A stretch of 64,000 nucleotides of DNA, taken from NCBI RefSeq assembly GCF_964204645.1, contig NC_134029.1:18098950-18162949 (forward strand), written 5' to 3'. Origin of the DNA: Tubulanus polymorphus. Lineage: Eukaryota > Animalia > Nemertea. The notes beneath the pieces were generated by a model. The model was not told the DNA's origin. It did not search any database and saw only the letters and a list, made by a program, of their open reading frames with translations. Each line of letters opens with the position of its first letter. Position 1 is the stretch's first letter. A program made the position numbers and the translations under genes. Positions 26,128-36,829 of this stretch are shown piece after piece.

Positions 26128-26517
26128 TAAATCAGGAGTAGGTAAGGTTCATTAAACATGCAACTGTTTTTTATAATTATAACTGCATTATTGAAGTGTG
26201 GAGATGTTGTAATAGATACTAATTAATGTTTTAATTTACCTTTGATTGGAAATATCCATCATCACAAAGTCAAATACAACCAATTCAACTACTCCTCAGA
26301 CAACATCTCAGACATCAAAACCGGAAGAAACTACGATGAAAACTCCCCAGAAAGATACGTCCAATTCAACTAATTCAACTACTCCTAGAAAAACACCCCA
26401 AAAGTTTTCCAGCAACCAAGTCCTCGAGCAAGTTGTTTCAAGTCCAGTGCCCAGTTGTACGTTCATACAACAACCTAGCCCTAACCCCAGGACAGTAAAT
26501 TATAACGTTACATTTCA

Positions 26518-27455
26518 GATCTATTAAGCGCGTTTCGTGAATGGTTGACGGGTCTGAAGATATGTGAATGCAGATAGCGAAAAAAGACAAAAGATAAAAG
26601 ACCAACAAATTCAACAACTTCGTGATGCTCTACAAGCAACAGATTATTATTTAGCTGCATCCAGATTGAAACGATTCTATTTCTCACTCGTTGAAGATGG
26701 CCGCAAGGCTTCGACTGCTTCGGTGTATATGAACACAATGTCAGAATTTTTGACATTTCTCGCCGATGTAAGTACAGTGTAAATTCGGTACTGGCTTATC
26801 CCTAGTTCTTCAATTGATGCACTCTTTTCATTCAGAGACCCTTAGAATCGTTGCAACAGCGGAGCGATCTGCAACAATTGGAGAAGATGCTTGCTCATTG
26901 GCGAAAGTTACTAAATAAGACTAAAGAAATTAAGACTGCTGGCAAAGTGAAGCAAGTGACAATGTCCCAGTTTACAGCAATCAGGAATCACATGATAACT
27001 CATGTTTGCAGTCAGAATGCACAGCATGCTGGTGTTGTTAATCATCTGACCTGTAGAGGGGAAGAACAGGAAGAGGAGTTGTATTACGTAACAGTAAGTA
27101 ATACTAATCATATTCAAGTTTCCCTAGCCAACACAGCTTTCATATATAAAAATTCATTATTGGAGTTCCTGACATTTTTTCTGATGTAAGTACTTATATA
27201 GTGTGTATTGTTAACTAAGTTTCACGGTTATGCCTAGCCATATAATTTACAAAGTTTCACGGTTATGCCTAGCCAATATGCAAAGTTTCAAGGTTATGCC
27301 TAGCCTTAACTTTTATTATTTATGCAGGTGACCAGTGACGCCGAACGTGGACATAAGACGTTTCGACTTGTGGGGGGTTATTGTATGCTTCACCAGTAAT
27401 CTTAAAAAAACTTTTGGACCTATATGTTGAGAAAATCCTTCCGTCGACAAAGTTG
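26518..27455 (+). pseudogene. Tyrosine recombinase paralogue A (copy 3)
   Basis: ORFs 26564-26782 and 26851-27189. Confidence 0.75.
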
Positions 27456-27671
27456 ACTCTGTTGAAAAAGATGACTCCGTCGAAAAAGATGACTCCGTCG
27501 AAAAAGTTGACTCCGACGAAAAGTTCTATGAAAATTCGTGAACCGAAAGAAGCTGCGAATCCAGCCCCGGCTCCTGTCCCGGCAATTCAGTTGCGTCGGA
27601 ATCAACCGGACTGGAACGACTTCCAGTATGCACGATTTTGGCCTTGATGACTTTTTTGGCCTTTGACTTTG

Positions 27672-29912
27672 GAAATTCCGCTGTCAGACTCTGTCTGACA
27701 AATTGTTTAACTCTGCATAACCCGCCCACTTCCCTTTCTCATTCCAGGTCCCACCACCAGGAGGCACCCACGGAGCCGAAGATTCGTCCGCCGCCAAGAC
27801 CGAGCCGGAAGATTCGACAGTCCGCAACGCCTGCATCAACCGCAGTCACGCCCGCTGCGCCACCTTCTTTTTCTAATTCAAGGTCACCAAATAGAAGCTA
27901 CGCTGATGTCAACAGGACGCCACCAACCAGAATGGCGCCACAACCGAGAAGTCCGATGCCGACACCACTGCCATGAAGTCTGACGCCGCCGCCTAGACAC
28001 CTGCCGCCGCAGAGAACGCCGACCGCACCAACCAGCAGTCCGATACCGTCTCTTCTTCTCTTTCCAGCTCTCAGTCTCTTTACAGGTCACCAGGGTGCTT
28101 ACTGCCAGCACCAGCGCAAATTGCGACACCAACACCGAGACCGATGGCGCCCCAGGAAGTTCGCTGTCATCCGAGGACGAATCGGAAGAAACAGGATTGG
28201 AGTCTGCCACCAACCCAGCGACCCATTCTGGTGATTGGTGACTCAAACCTGAGTAACATCACATCAAGCCGCCGTCCGGATGACGTCCAGATCGAGAGCT
28301 TCCCCGGCAACAAGGCGTCTCATCTCGCCGACCTGATCGAAGCTGTACCGGAGCGCTAAGATTGCCCAGACACGGTGATCATCAGCGTCGGAATCAACGA
28401 CTGCGACTACAACTTCGAAGCTACCACCAGGAAGACTCATCAACGGCGCAGTCCGAAAGTACCAGCACTTGTTCGTCCACTTCGTTCAACAAAACACAAC
28501 CCGAAAATTCAACGAATTCCTCGAGAACCACGACGACGTCACCGCGATACGACCAATCGATGATCGAAGCTTCAGAGTTGTTGGAGACGGGATCCACTGG
28601 GGACCATGGCACAGCTAACACCCTGCGGGACCACTGGCTCAGTGGTTTAAACTAAGTATCAGTGAGACCAACGGGTCCACTATTGGTGAGTTAAATCAAC
28701 CGGAATTAACCAATGTTTCTCTTATTTCCTCCATTTCCAGGTCCGACGAACACGACGAAACGGCATCAAACCAAGCGCGACGCGATCCGGTCACCGCTCT
28801 CGGGAGCCCGGTGGTCAACCTCACACGTTCACTCCGCATAAGTCCGGCGCAACATCAGCTACTCCGAAAGGGCCTCAATTATCGCCCGACTCCGAAAATC
28901 GGTTCTGATGCCGCCGCGACCGAGCGCACCAAGGGAGTGTGCCGATTCAACCGGCTAGTGAAACTCAACCATCACTTCCGAGACAAACCGGACTGCGAGG
29001 CTCCGCGTTTCCGTCTGCCCAGCAGTTGGGCTCCGGATACAATAGAACCAGTAATCGCCGAGTTCTGCAACGACGCGCACAAATTGGCTCAACAATCTTA
29101 TCTTACCTCACTCCGAAGCCAACCGAACCCTAGCCCGTAACATCCAAACCAGATTTACGGAACTGGCTACGGCCACCGGCCGGTCGGACGAGGTAACCAC
29201 GGTCACCGCCTACACCAAGCACAAGAGTCTCAAAGATCTCCTAACTTCGTCGCAGCTCAAACCCACGGAGCCACCCCCTCCCCGAGTCCCCTCTTCACCG
29301 CATCGTAACAGAAATACTTCCGTTGTTTCCAATTCTTCTATTTCCAGGTCTACTCAAAGAACTCCGTCAACCCGACGTCAAGGCACCAAGAAATGCAGAA
29401 CACCGAGATGTCGTATGTCACTCGTCCGAGAAACAACCGTTTGCCGCAGCCACAACAAAATGCACGCGATCCGCAGCACAATCAATTGCGCGACCCGTGA
29501 AATTGTATACTGCATCGAATGCACCAAGTGCAACATGCTGTACGTCGGCCAAACCGGAATGTCTCTACGAGAACGCGTCACTTATCACGTCTCACGCATC
29601 AGAACGAAGAATTCGACTCCAGTCTCGGACCACTTCAACCAAGTCGATCACCCCCGCGAACACTTTCGGGTGTACGGTCTCCAACACCTACCAGGCTCCA
29701 CGAGACTGATCCGCGAAGCAGCCGAACAAGACTGGATACGACGACTCGACACGAACACGCCCCGAGGCATGAACGTCCCGTAGACCGCCTCACTACAACA
29801 ATTAACTCTTACTACTTTTTTACAGGGATAACCCGCTGCCCGTGCACTAGTGGGGTCTCCAAACCTTCGGTTTGGTCCCCTAACCTCTATCTCTAAACCT
29901 AACCTTAGCCCG
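27672..29912 (+). mobile_element. PLE family 1 copy lacking the RT core but retaining the GIY-YIG endonuclease
   Basis: SGNH ORF1; RT N-terminus VVNLT..LLRKGL..PTP; deletion at about 29097; ORF 29415-29783 INCATREIVYCIECTKCNMLYVGQTG..LRERV.YH...HF....H...EQDWIRRLDT.TPRGMN. Confidence 0.92.
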
Positions 29913-30179
29913 TGCCAGGTTTCCCTCGTAAATTATCTTAACTGATTAATTATTAATCATCAATTTATTTGCAGAATCATCCTCCGTCGCCTGAAGCAGA
30001 AACCCGCTCAGAGACAGAGTACAAAACAAACTCCAAGATCACAAGCTCCACAGGAATCATCAACCTTTTATCTTTTAATTAGTTCTCTCTGCTTTACTTT
30101 GCAAATTCAATCGAAATTCAGTAAGTAAGAAGACAGACCAACTATCAGAAACAGTTAGAAAAATAAACAAAAGCGCGAT

Positions 30180-30790
30180 ATTGGGAACCGAACCCGCCGC
30201 TGGTACAGACTGGTTGCCTGTCCCAGGACGATAGAAACCGGTAACCAGTCCACCGCTATTATCTATTTCGAAAATATGCGTCAGCTCTGAGATTATATCA
30301 TAGAAACACCCGAAAAGTATTAATTAATCTATTATAAATTTAGAAATAAAGGGAATCTAGAATAGGTAAAAACATTAAGAATATACTCAATTACTAAAAC
30401 GGCGTGCCTGATCGGGACTCGAACCCGCGGCACCCGAATTAAGCTCCGGAGAATACTCGGGAACCATACCCGCCGCACCGAAATTAACCGCTAGTACTGA
30501 CCGGTTGCCGGTGCCCCGCGTTAGACACCGGTAACCAGTCCACCGCTCTTATTTATTTTGAAAATATGCGTCGGCACTAAGATTATATCGTAGAAACATC
30601 TGAAAAGTACTATCGTATCCGTTAAAGATTCAGAATTAAAAGGAATCCAGAATAGGTAAAAAACATTTAGAATAGAACTATTCAATTACTAAACGGCGCC
30701 TGGTCGGTACTCGAACCCGCGGCACCCTAATTAACCTCCGTTAAATCTATAAACGTACGGTCGGGAACCTAACCCGCTACGTCCTAATTA
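30180..30790. repeat. Imperfect ~300-bp tandem duplication containing tRNA T-arm/B-box-like motifs on the minus strand
   Basis: CCGGTAACCAGTCCACCGCT at about 30238 and 30528; (G)ACTCGAACCCGCGGCACCC at about 30416 and 30708. Confidence 0.6.
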
Positions 30791-32049
30791 ACTATTATCA
30801 TATCTACGCGCCAACTCTTGGAACATACTCTATAAAGATCCGGCTATCAAGTTTCAAATTTCTCTAAAACAGACAGTTTATATTCGAATAACAATTCTAA
30901 TGACATCGCTCAAAAGTATTAGTAGCTATATTCAAAAACCGCACTATAGGTTGTAGAAGTATAAGAAGTTTATAGGATAAATAATAGTCCACGGACATCA
31001 ATCACTGTTTACAAGTCACTCATAATTAGTGACCGATCGGCCACCTGCGCCTCTTGACTAATTTATAATTATCCGACTCAATTCTATACAAAATCACAGT
31101 TACGACGCCTTCAAACTCATCAGTTTTTATCAAAGAACACGGCCCAATATTCCCGATTCAAAAAGAGTTTTATATTACGTATATATTTCAGCCTTCGGAT
31201 TAAAGAAGAGATCATAGTGTTTTTGAACCATTCAAACTACGCAAACTTAAACCGATTTACTGAATACCCGCGCTCCGGTCTGAATATATTTGACACATGT
31301 TCAAGATCGGCTCCCCTATACATAGCTTTACTCGATCCTAATAACTCTAAATAAGCGTAGTTTATCTAATAGAATTATATTTAAGAACTTAGAATTAAAA
31401 CAGACGTATTAGTAAGACATTTCTATCAAAACTCATCACCCATAATTAGGGCTAATTAACCACCCGCGCTCACTCAGTAATTTAGATCTTATGGGTTATA
31501 ACTTCCTACTAAATCGCCGATGCGGCGCTGTCTAATTCATCCAATTTTCGGTAGAATACCGCGTAGATATTTCAAAATCCGCTCTTAAAAAGCTTTAGAA
31601 TACGGAGAAAACCTGATTAACTAAGAACCGGATTTCACCATTTACGACTATTTAGTAAACACGCGTATATCGGAATACGCATCGGCCGCGCACCGCTAAT
31701 TAACGCATCTAAACTAATTAGGAATTAAGCAATTTTGAAACTGAACTCGGACATATTTCGAACATTCCGGTTCACGTATATTAATAATACATATTCTAGA
31801 TTTCTCTTTATAGAAAACACTTTGAGTATTTATTAAGTTATATCGAAATAAACTTTTCAACTCTATATTAGACACGCCGTTCTTTAGATCTTTAGAACTA
31901 TACATCAAAGCAAACTATTCAACAGCTAGATCAAGGGCCATAACTAGTGCTGTTTTCTAGTCACTCTGGATCAAAGGCATAATTAGTCAGACCCCTAGTT
32001 TGTCTATTAGCTTGATCACAGAAGTACAATTAGTCTAGATCACAAGGTC

Positions 32050-32775
32050 TCATATGGTCACTTAACTTCTAACTCAAATACTGTTCACTTGTTGCGCGCT
32101 GCGTGTATAAAAACCCATGTCTAATCCTCCTTCACATGAACCGAACGTGTGTTGAGCGAAGAAACGCTGCATACTTGACATTGAAGAGTATGCAGTAATA
32201 CTATTTACTCCCTTTAAATACATGCCTAAATAGATGTATTGTAATTCAATATAACGGAAGAAAATTATTATTTCTTACGCTTAAGACCACTCTATAGCAC
32301 AAATCTAGTACATATTGTACTACAGCATCTATATTTACAAGTAATTAACTACTAAGTACTCGTACTTACTGTGTAAATGTGTCATTTGTTTTTTGTGTAA
32401 AATAATTAGTATATAAATGAAAATAATCAAAACAAAAAAAAGAAAACTATAATAATCATTAAACCGTATGATATGTATAACTAACTACTAACAACGTGCT
32501 CCTGATAGGGACCGAGCAAAACAAAATCCGTAAACAGTAATAACAGTAATAACTTCCGTACACCTTTGCTTGAATCTTTCTATATACACTATATACATTA
32601 TATCACATCACATCACCCACCCCCCCTTAGGCCCATCTCATATTAGTTCAATAAATATCCCTACCACAAAATTAAGCAAAACATGCACCTACGCGCTAGA
32701 ATGTAGGAGAGTGGACACCACTCTCGAAAATTAAAACGCGCTCCGCGCGTTTGTCTCTCTGTCTCTGCTGCTGCT
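32050..32775 (+). mobile_element. 3' end of a non-LTR retroelement with a (TGC)n tail; left boundary uncertain
   Basis: Last ~300 bp homologous to 49450-49754 (CACCTACGCG..GAATGTAGGAGAGTGG..CCACTCTCGA..AAAACGCGCT.CGCGTTTGTC..TGCTGCTG). Confidence 0.65.
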
Positions 32776-32793
32776 AGTTCAGCATGAATACTG

Positions 32794-32837
32794 CACTGAC
32801 ACTGAAGAAGGCAACCTCGCCGAAATATTTATCAATG
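32794..32837 (+). ncRNA. Probable hammerhead ribozyme at the 5' end of PLE family 1
   Basis: CACTGACA-CTGAAGA-A-GGC(aacctc)GCC-GAAA-TATT-TATCAATG; stem I pairs at 6 of 8 positions; palindromic AATATT. Confidence 0.65.
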
Positions 32838-34297
32838 GAGCGATCTAAGAAGAAACGACCACCAGCTGAGAAGACCAGCAAGGGCGGAGGACGCCCTGAG
32901 CGACACCAGCAACCCGGGATGTCGCCGAAAAACTACTACAGGGCTCTTCAAGTGGCGCACCACCTTGCCCAGTTGAGCTCTGGTCCAAAAGCGATTCGGA
33001 GGAAGGACGATCTGAAGATGTTCCTGCGGCCGGCGGCTTGCACCGAAGCAGTAACGGTGCAGCTGCACGCTGCCGCGGACGTCTGGATGGAGACAGTCGC
33101 GTAAGAGCTGACCATTCATTATGCCGGCACATTTGTAGTGCTAATGGGTGATCCTCTGCCGGACTGTCTGTCAGCACAGGATGTCGCCATGACATGGGCC
33201 CGGAGGAATTTCGGCTCCCGTCTGAGCCCGGAACAATCCGGCTTTTCAACATCGCGCTCGATTTGCGGTCGAAATTCCGCGGTCAGGCTCTGTCTGACAA
33301 GCTCAGAAATGTCTTGTCTAATCCACCCTCTTCCCCTTCTCATTTCAGGTCACACCACCAGGAGGCACCCACGGAGCCGAAGATTCGTCCGCCGCCGAGA
33401 CCGAGCCGGAAGATTCGACAGCCCGCGACGCCGAGGACGCCTGCACCAACCGCAGTCGCACCCGCCGCGCCTCCTTCCTTTTCTAATTCCAGGTCACCGA
33501 GAAGCTACGCGGATGTCACCAGGACGCCACCAACCAGAATGGCGCCACCATCGAGAAGTCCGGTGCCGACGCCGCCACCGAGAAGTCCGACGCCGCCGCC
33601 TCGAAACCCGACGCCGCCGCCGCAGAGAACGCCGACCGCACCAACCAGCAGTCCGATGCCGTCTCTCTCTTCTTCTCTTTCCAGCTCTCCGTCTCTTTAT
33701 AGGTCACCAGGGCGCCTACTGCCAGCGCGAAGTCCGACGCCAACACCGAGACCGATGGCGCCCCAGGAAGTTCGCCGTCATCCGAATACGGGTCGGAAGA
33801 AACAGGATTGGAGTCTGCCACCAACCCGGCGACCCATTCTGGTGATTGGTGACTCAAATCTGAGTAACATCACATCAAGCCACCGTCCGGATGACGTCCA
33901 GATTGAGAGCTTCTCCGGCTGCAAGATAGCTCATCTCGCCGACCTGATCGATGCTGTACCGGAGCGCCGAGATCGCCCGGATACGGTAATCATCAGCGTC
34001 GGAATCAACAACCGCAACAACAACTTCGAAGCGACCACCAGGAAGACTACACAGCGCCTGATCAACGCCGCAGTCAAAAAGTATCAGCACTCGTTCGTCC
34101 ACTTCGTTCAACTCAACACGACCCGCGAACACCAGCAGTTCGCCCGGAAGTTCAACGAACTCCTCGAGAATCACGACGACGTCACCGCGATACCACCCAT
34201 CGATGATCGACGCTTCAGAGTTGTTGGAGACGGGATCCACTGGAACCGTGGTACAGCTAACACCCTGCTGGACCACTGGCTCAGTGGTTTAAACTAA
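32835..34297 (+). pseudogene. PLE family 1 ORF1: N-terminal helical domain, Pro-rich linker, SGNH/GDSL hydrolase (one stop, one frameshift)
   Basis: SGNH blocks ILVIGDSNL (S), SFSGCKI (G), VIISVGINN (N), DGIHW (DxxH) in ORF 33194-34297. Confidence 0.88.
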
Positions 34298-34324
34298 GTA
34301 TTAGTGAGACCAACGGGTCCACTA
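34288..34324 (+). promoter_or_regulatory. Candidate -1 ribosomal frameshift signal (T_TTA_AAC, 7-nt spacer, hairpin)
   Basis: Heptamer in register with ORF1 codons; TAGTG-a-GACC(AACG)GGTC-CACTA stem; the -1 frame is the RT frame. Confidence 0.7.
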
Positions 34325-36461
34325 TTGGTGGGTTAAATCAACCGGAATTAACCAATGATTTCTTCCATTTCCAGGTCCGACGAACACGAAGAACCGGCAC
34401 CAAACCAAGCGCGACGCGATCCGTCACCGCTCTCGGGAGCCCGGTGGTCAACCTCACACGTTCACTCCGCATAAGTCCGGGGCAACATCAGCTACTCTGA
34501 AAGGGCCTCACTTATTGCCCGACTCCAAAAATCGGTTCTGATGCCGCCGCGACCGAGCGCACCAAGGGAGTGTGCCGATTCAACCGGCTAGTGAAACTCA
34601 ACCATCACTTCCGAGACGAACCGGACCGCGAAGCTCCGCGTTTCCGTCTGCCCAGCAGTTGGGCTCCGGATGAAATAGAACCAGTAATCGCCGGGTTCTG
34701 CAACGACGCGCACGAATTGGCTCAACAAACCAGGGATACGCGTCGCGTAAATGATTACCTCACTAAACAGGAACGCGAAGCCCCTCCAGCAGCTGCGTGA
34801 CAACACTAATATTGTTATCAAAGCCGCCGATAAGGGTTCCGCCACGGTTATCATGGACCGCGACGACTACGTCCACGAAGCCATGCGCCAACTAGCCGAT
34901 CTCGAGTATTATCAGCCGCTGCAGCAACCGATCTTCGAACAGACCGGGGAAGAAATTCGCGAAATCAGCGAAAATATGGCTCGACGAAAAATCATCCCGC
35001 TAAAAACCGCCGAATATCTATTACCGCCCGATAATCCAAACAGAGGCAGTTCTATCTGCTTCCCAAAATCCATAAAGAACGCAAGAAGTGGACGGTACCC
35101 GATCGCGTACCGCCGGGGAGACCGATCGTCTCCGACTGCGGCTCCGAAACCTACGAAATTTCGGAATGGATCGACTACTATTTGCAGCCGATTGCCCGCG
35201 GTCACCCGTCGTACGTCAAAGATACCAACCACTTTCTAGATATTTTGGCCGGTAAACAATTTAGCGCCGATGCGTTACTCGTCACCATGGACATCGATTC
35301 GCTCTACACCAACATCCCCACGAAGAGGGTATCGCCAGCATCCGACAAGCTCTCCGAGATAACCCAAACCCGGGACGCCCGGATGCCGAGCTGCTGAAAC
35401 TACTCGAAATCAGCCTGAAGAAAAACGACTTTAACTTCAACGAAAACACATATTTACAGGTAAAAGGTACCGCAATGGGTAAGCGTTTTGCTCCTTCTTA
35501 TGCCAATATCTTTGTAGCCGAATGGGAAAAAGAAGGTCTGTCCAGAAGCGAACTCCAACCATCACTATACGCTCGGTTCATCGACGACATCTACATAGTT
35601 TGGGAACACGGCTGCGAAACGTTGATGCAATTCATCGACGTCCTACAAACAGTGAGCCGATCCATCAAACTCAAGTTCGAAATCAGCGACACCAGCGTCA
35701 ATTTCCTGGACGTAACCACTTTCATAGGCCCGCGATTCGAGACAAGTGGTACAGTAGACACCAAAGTCTACTTCAAACCAACCGATTCGCACCAATTACT
35801 ACATCGATCTTCGTTTCACCCTAAACACACATTTTCCGGTATAGTTATAAGTCAAATTCTCCGGTTCCGGCGCATCTGCAATAACGATTCGGACCTACAC
35901 GCAGCGTCCGGAACCGTCCTTAAATTATTCAGAGGTCGTGGCTACAAAGACCGCGAACTGCGACACATCAAAAGCCAAGCTCTACGGCACCACGCCGAAC
36001 GAGATCTACGAGAACAACAACGGGCAAACGAACCGCCGAAAAAGCGTTTACCGCTTATCTTACCTCACTCCGAAGCCAACCGAACCCTAGCCCGTAACAT
36101 CCGAACCAGATTTACGGAACTGGCTACGGCCACCGGGCGGTCGGACGAGGTAACCACGGTCACCGCCTACACCAAGCACAAGAGTCTCAAAGATCTCCTA
36201 ACTTCGTCGCAGCTCAAACCCACGGAGCCACCCCCTCCCCGAGTCCCCTCATCACCGCATCGTAACAGAAATACTTCCGTTGTTTCCAATTCTTCTATTT
36301 CCAGGTCTACTCAAAGAACTCCGTCAACCCGACGTCGAGGCACCAAGAAATGCAGAACACCGAGATGTCGTACGTGTCCACTCGTCCGAGAAACAACCGT
36401 TTGCCGCAGCCACAACAAAATGCACGCGATCCGCAGCACACGAACATGCCCCGAGGCATGA
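34288..36461 (+). pseudogene. PLE family 1 ORF2: RT, thumb and Cys linker (CRTPRCRTC); GIY-YIG deleted
   Basis: ORFs 34570-34800, 34751-35239, 35182-35397 and 35475-36461; YARFIDDIYIVW; HPKHTFSGIVISQILRFRRIC; the Cys-rich linker is typical of the Neptune clade. Confidence 0.92.
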
Positions 36462-36829
36462 ACGCCTCACTACAACAATTAACTCTTACTACTTTTTTAC
36501 AGGGATAACCCGCTGCCCGTGCACTAGTGGGGTCTCCAAACCTTCGGTTTGGTCCCCTAACCTCTATCTCTAAACCTAACCCTAACCCTTCTGGAACCCC
36601 CCCAAAATGCCTCAAATTTGCGAAATATTGGTGTTTTGGGAGTCATTTTGACCCACTGGTTTTTCGGTTGATTCGAGATCAACGGCAAATTTTCCTACAA
36701 TAGATTAGTTTTACGTGTACCTTAGACGTTTCAGAGCGCTGGGTACCCTAGAAATAATTTCTAGACCCCCTCCCCCAAAATGCCTCAAATTTGCGAAATA
36801 TTGAATATGTATTGATGTCTTTCATTTCA

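Larger units (their letters stand above)
23501..29097 (+). repeat. Segmental duplicate of about 10854-16630
   Basis: Collinear from GTCACTGTTTTATGAGGG onward; offset about 12.65 kb; duplicated ORF track. Confidence 0.92.

Noticed and set aside
30400-30480. tRNA gene on the minus strand
   Set aside because: Only a T-arm/B-box-like motif; I could not fold an acceptor, D and anticodon cloverleaf.
34498-34500. In-frame TGA in the PLE RT as possible selenocysteine (as in Naiad PLEs)
   Set aside because: The three other copies have CGA (Arg) here; simple CpG decay, and no SECIS was identified.
33516-35232. Minus-strand ORFs over PLE, Tigger and other elements (for example 33875-34276, 34912-35232, 44008-44562)
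   Set aside because: Antisense shadows of + strand coding sequence with no recognisable motifs.
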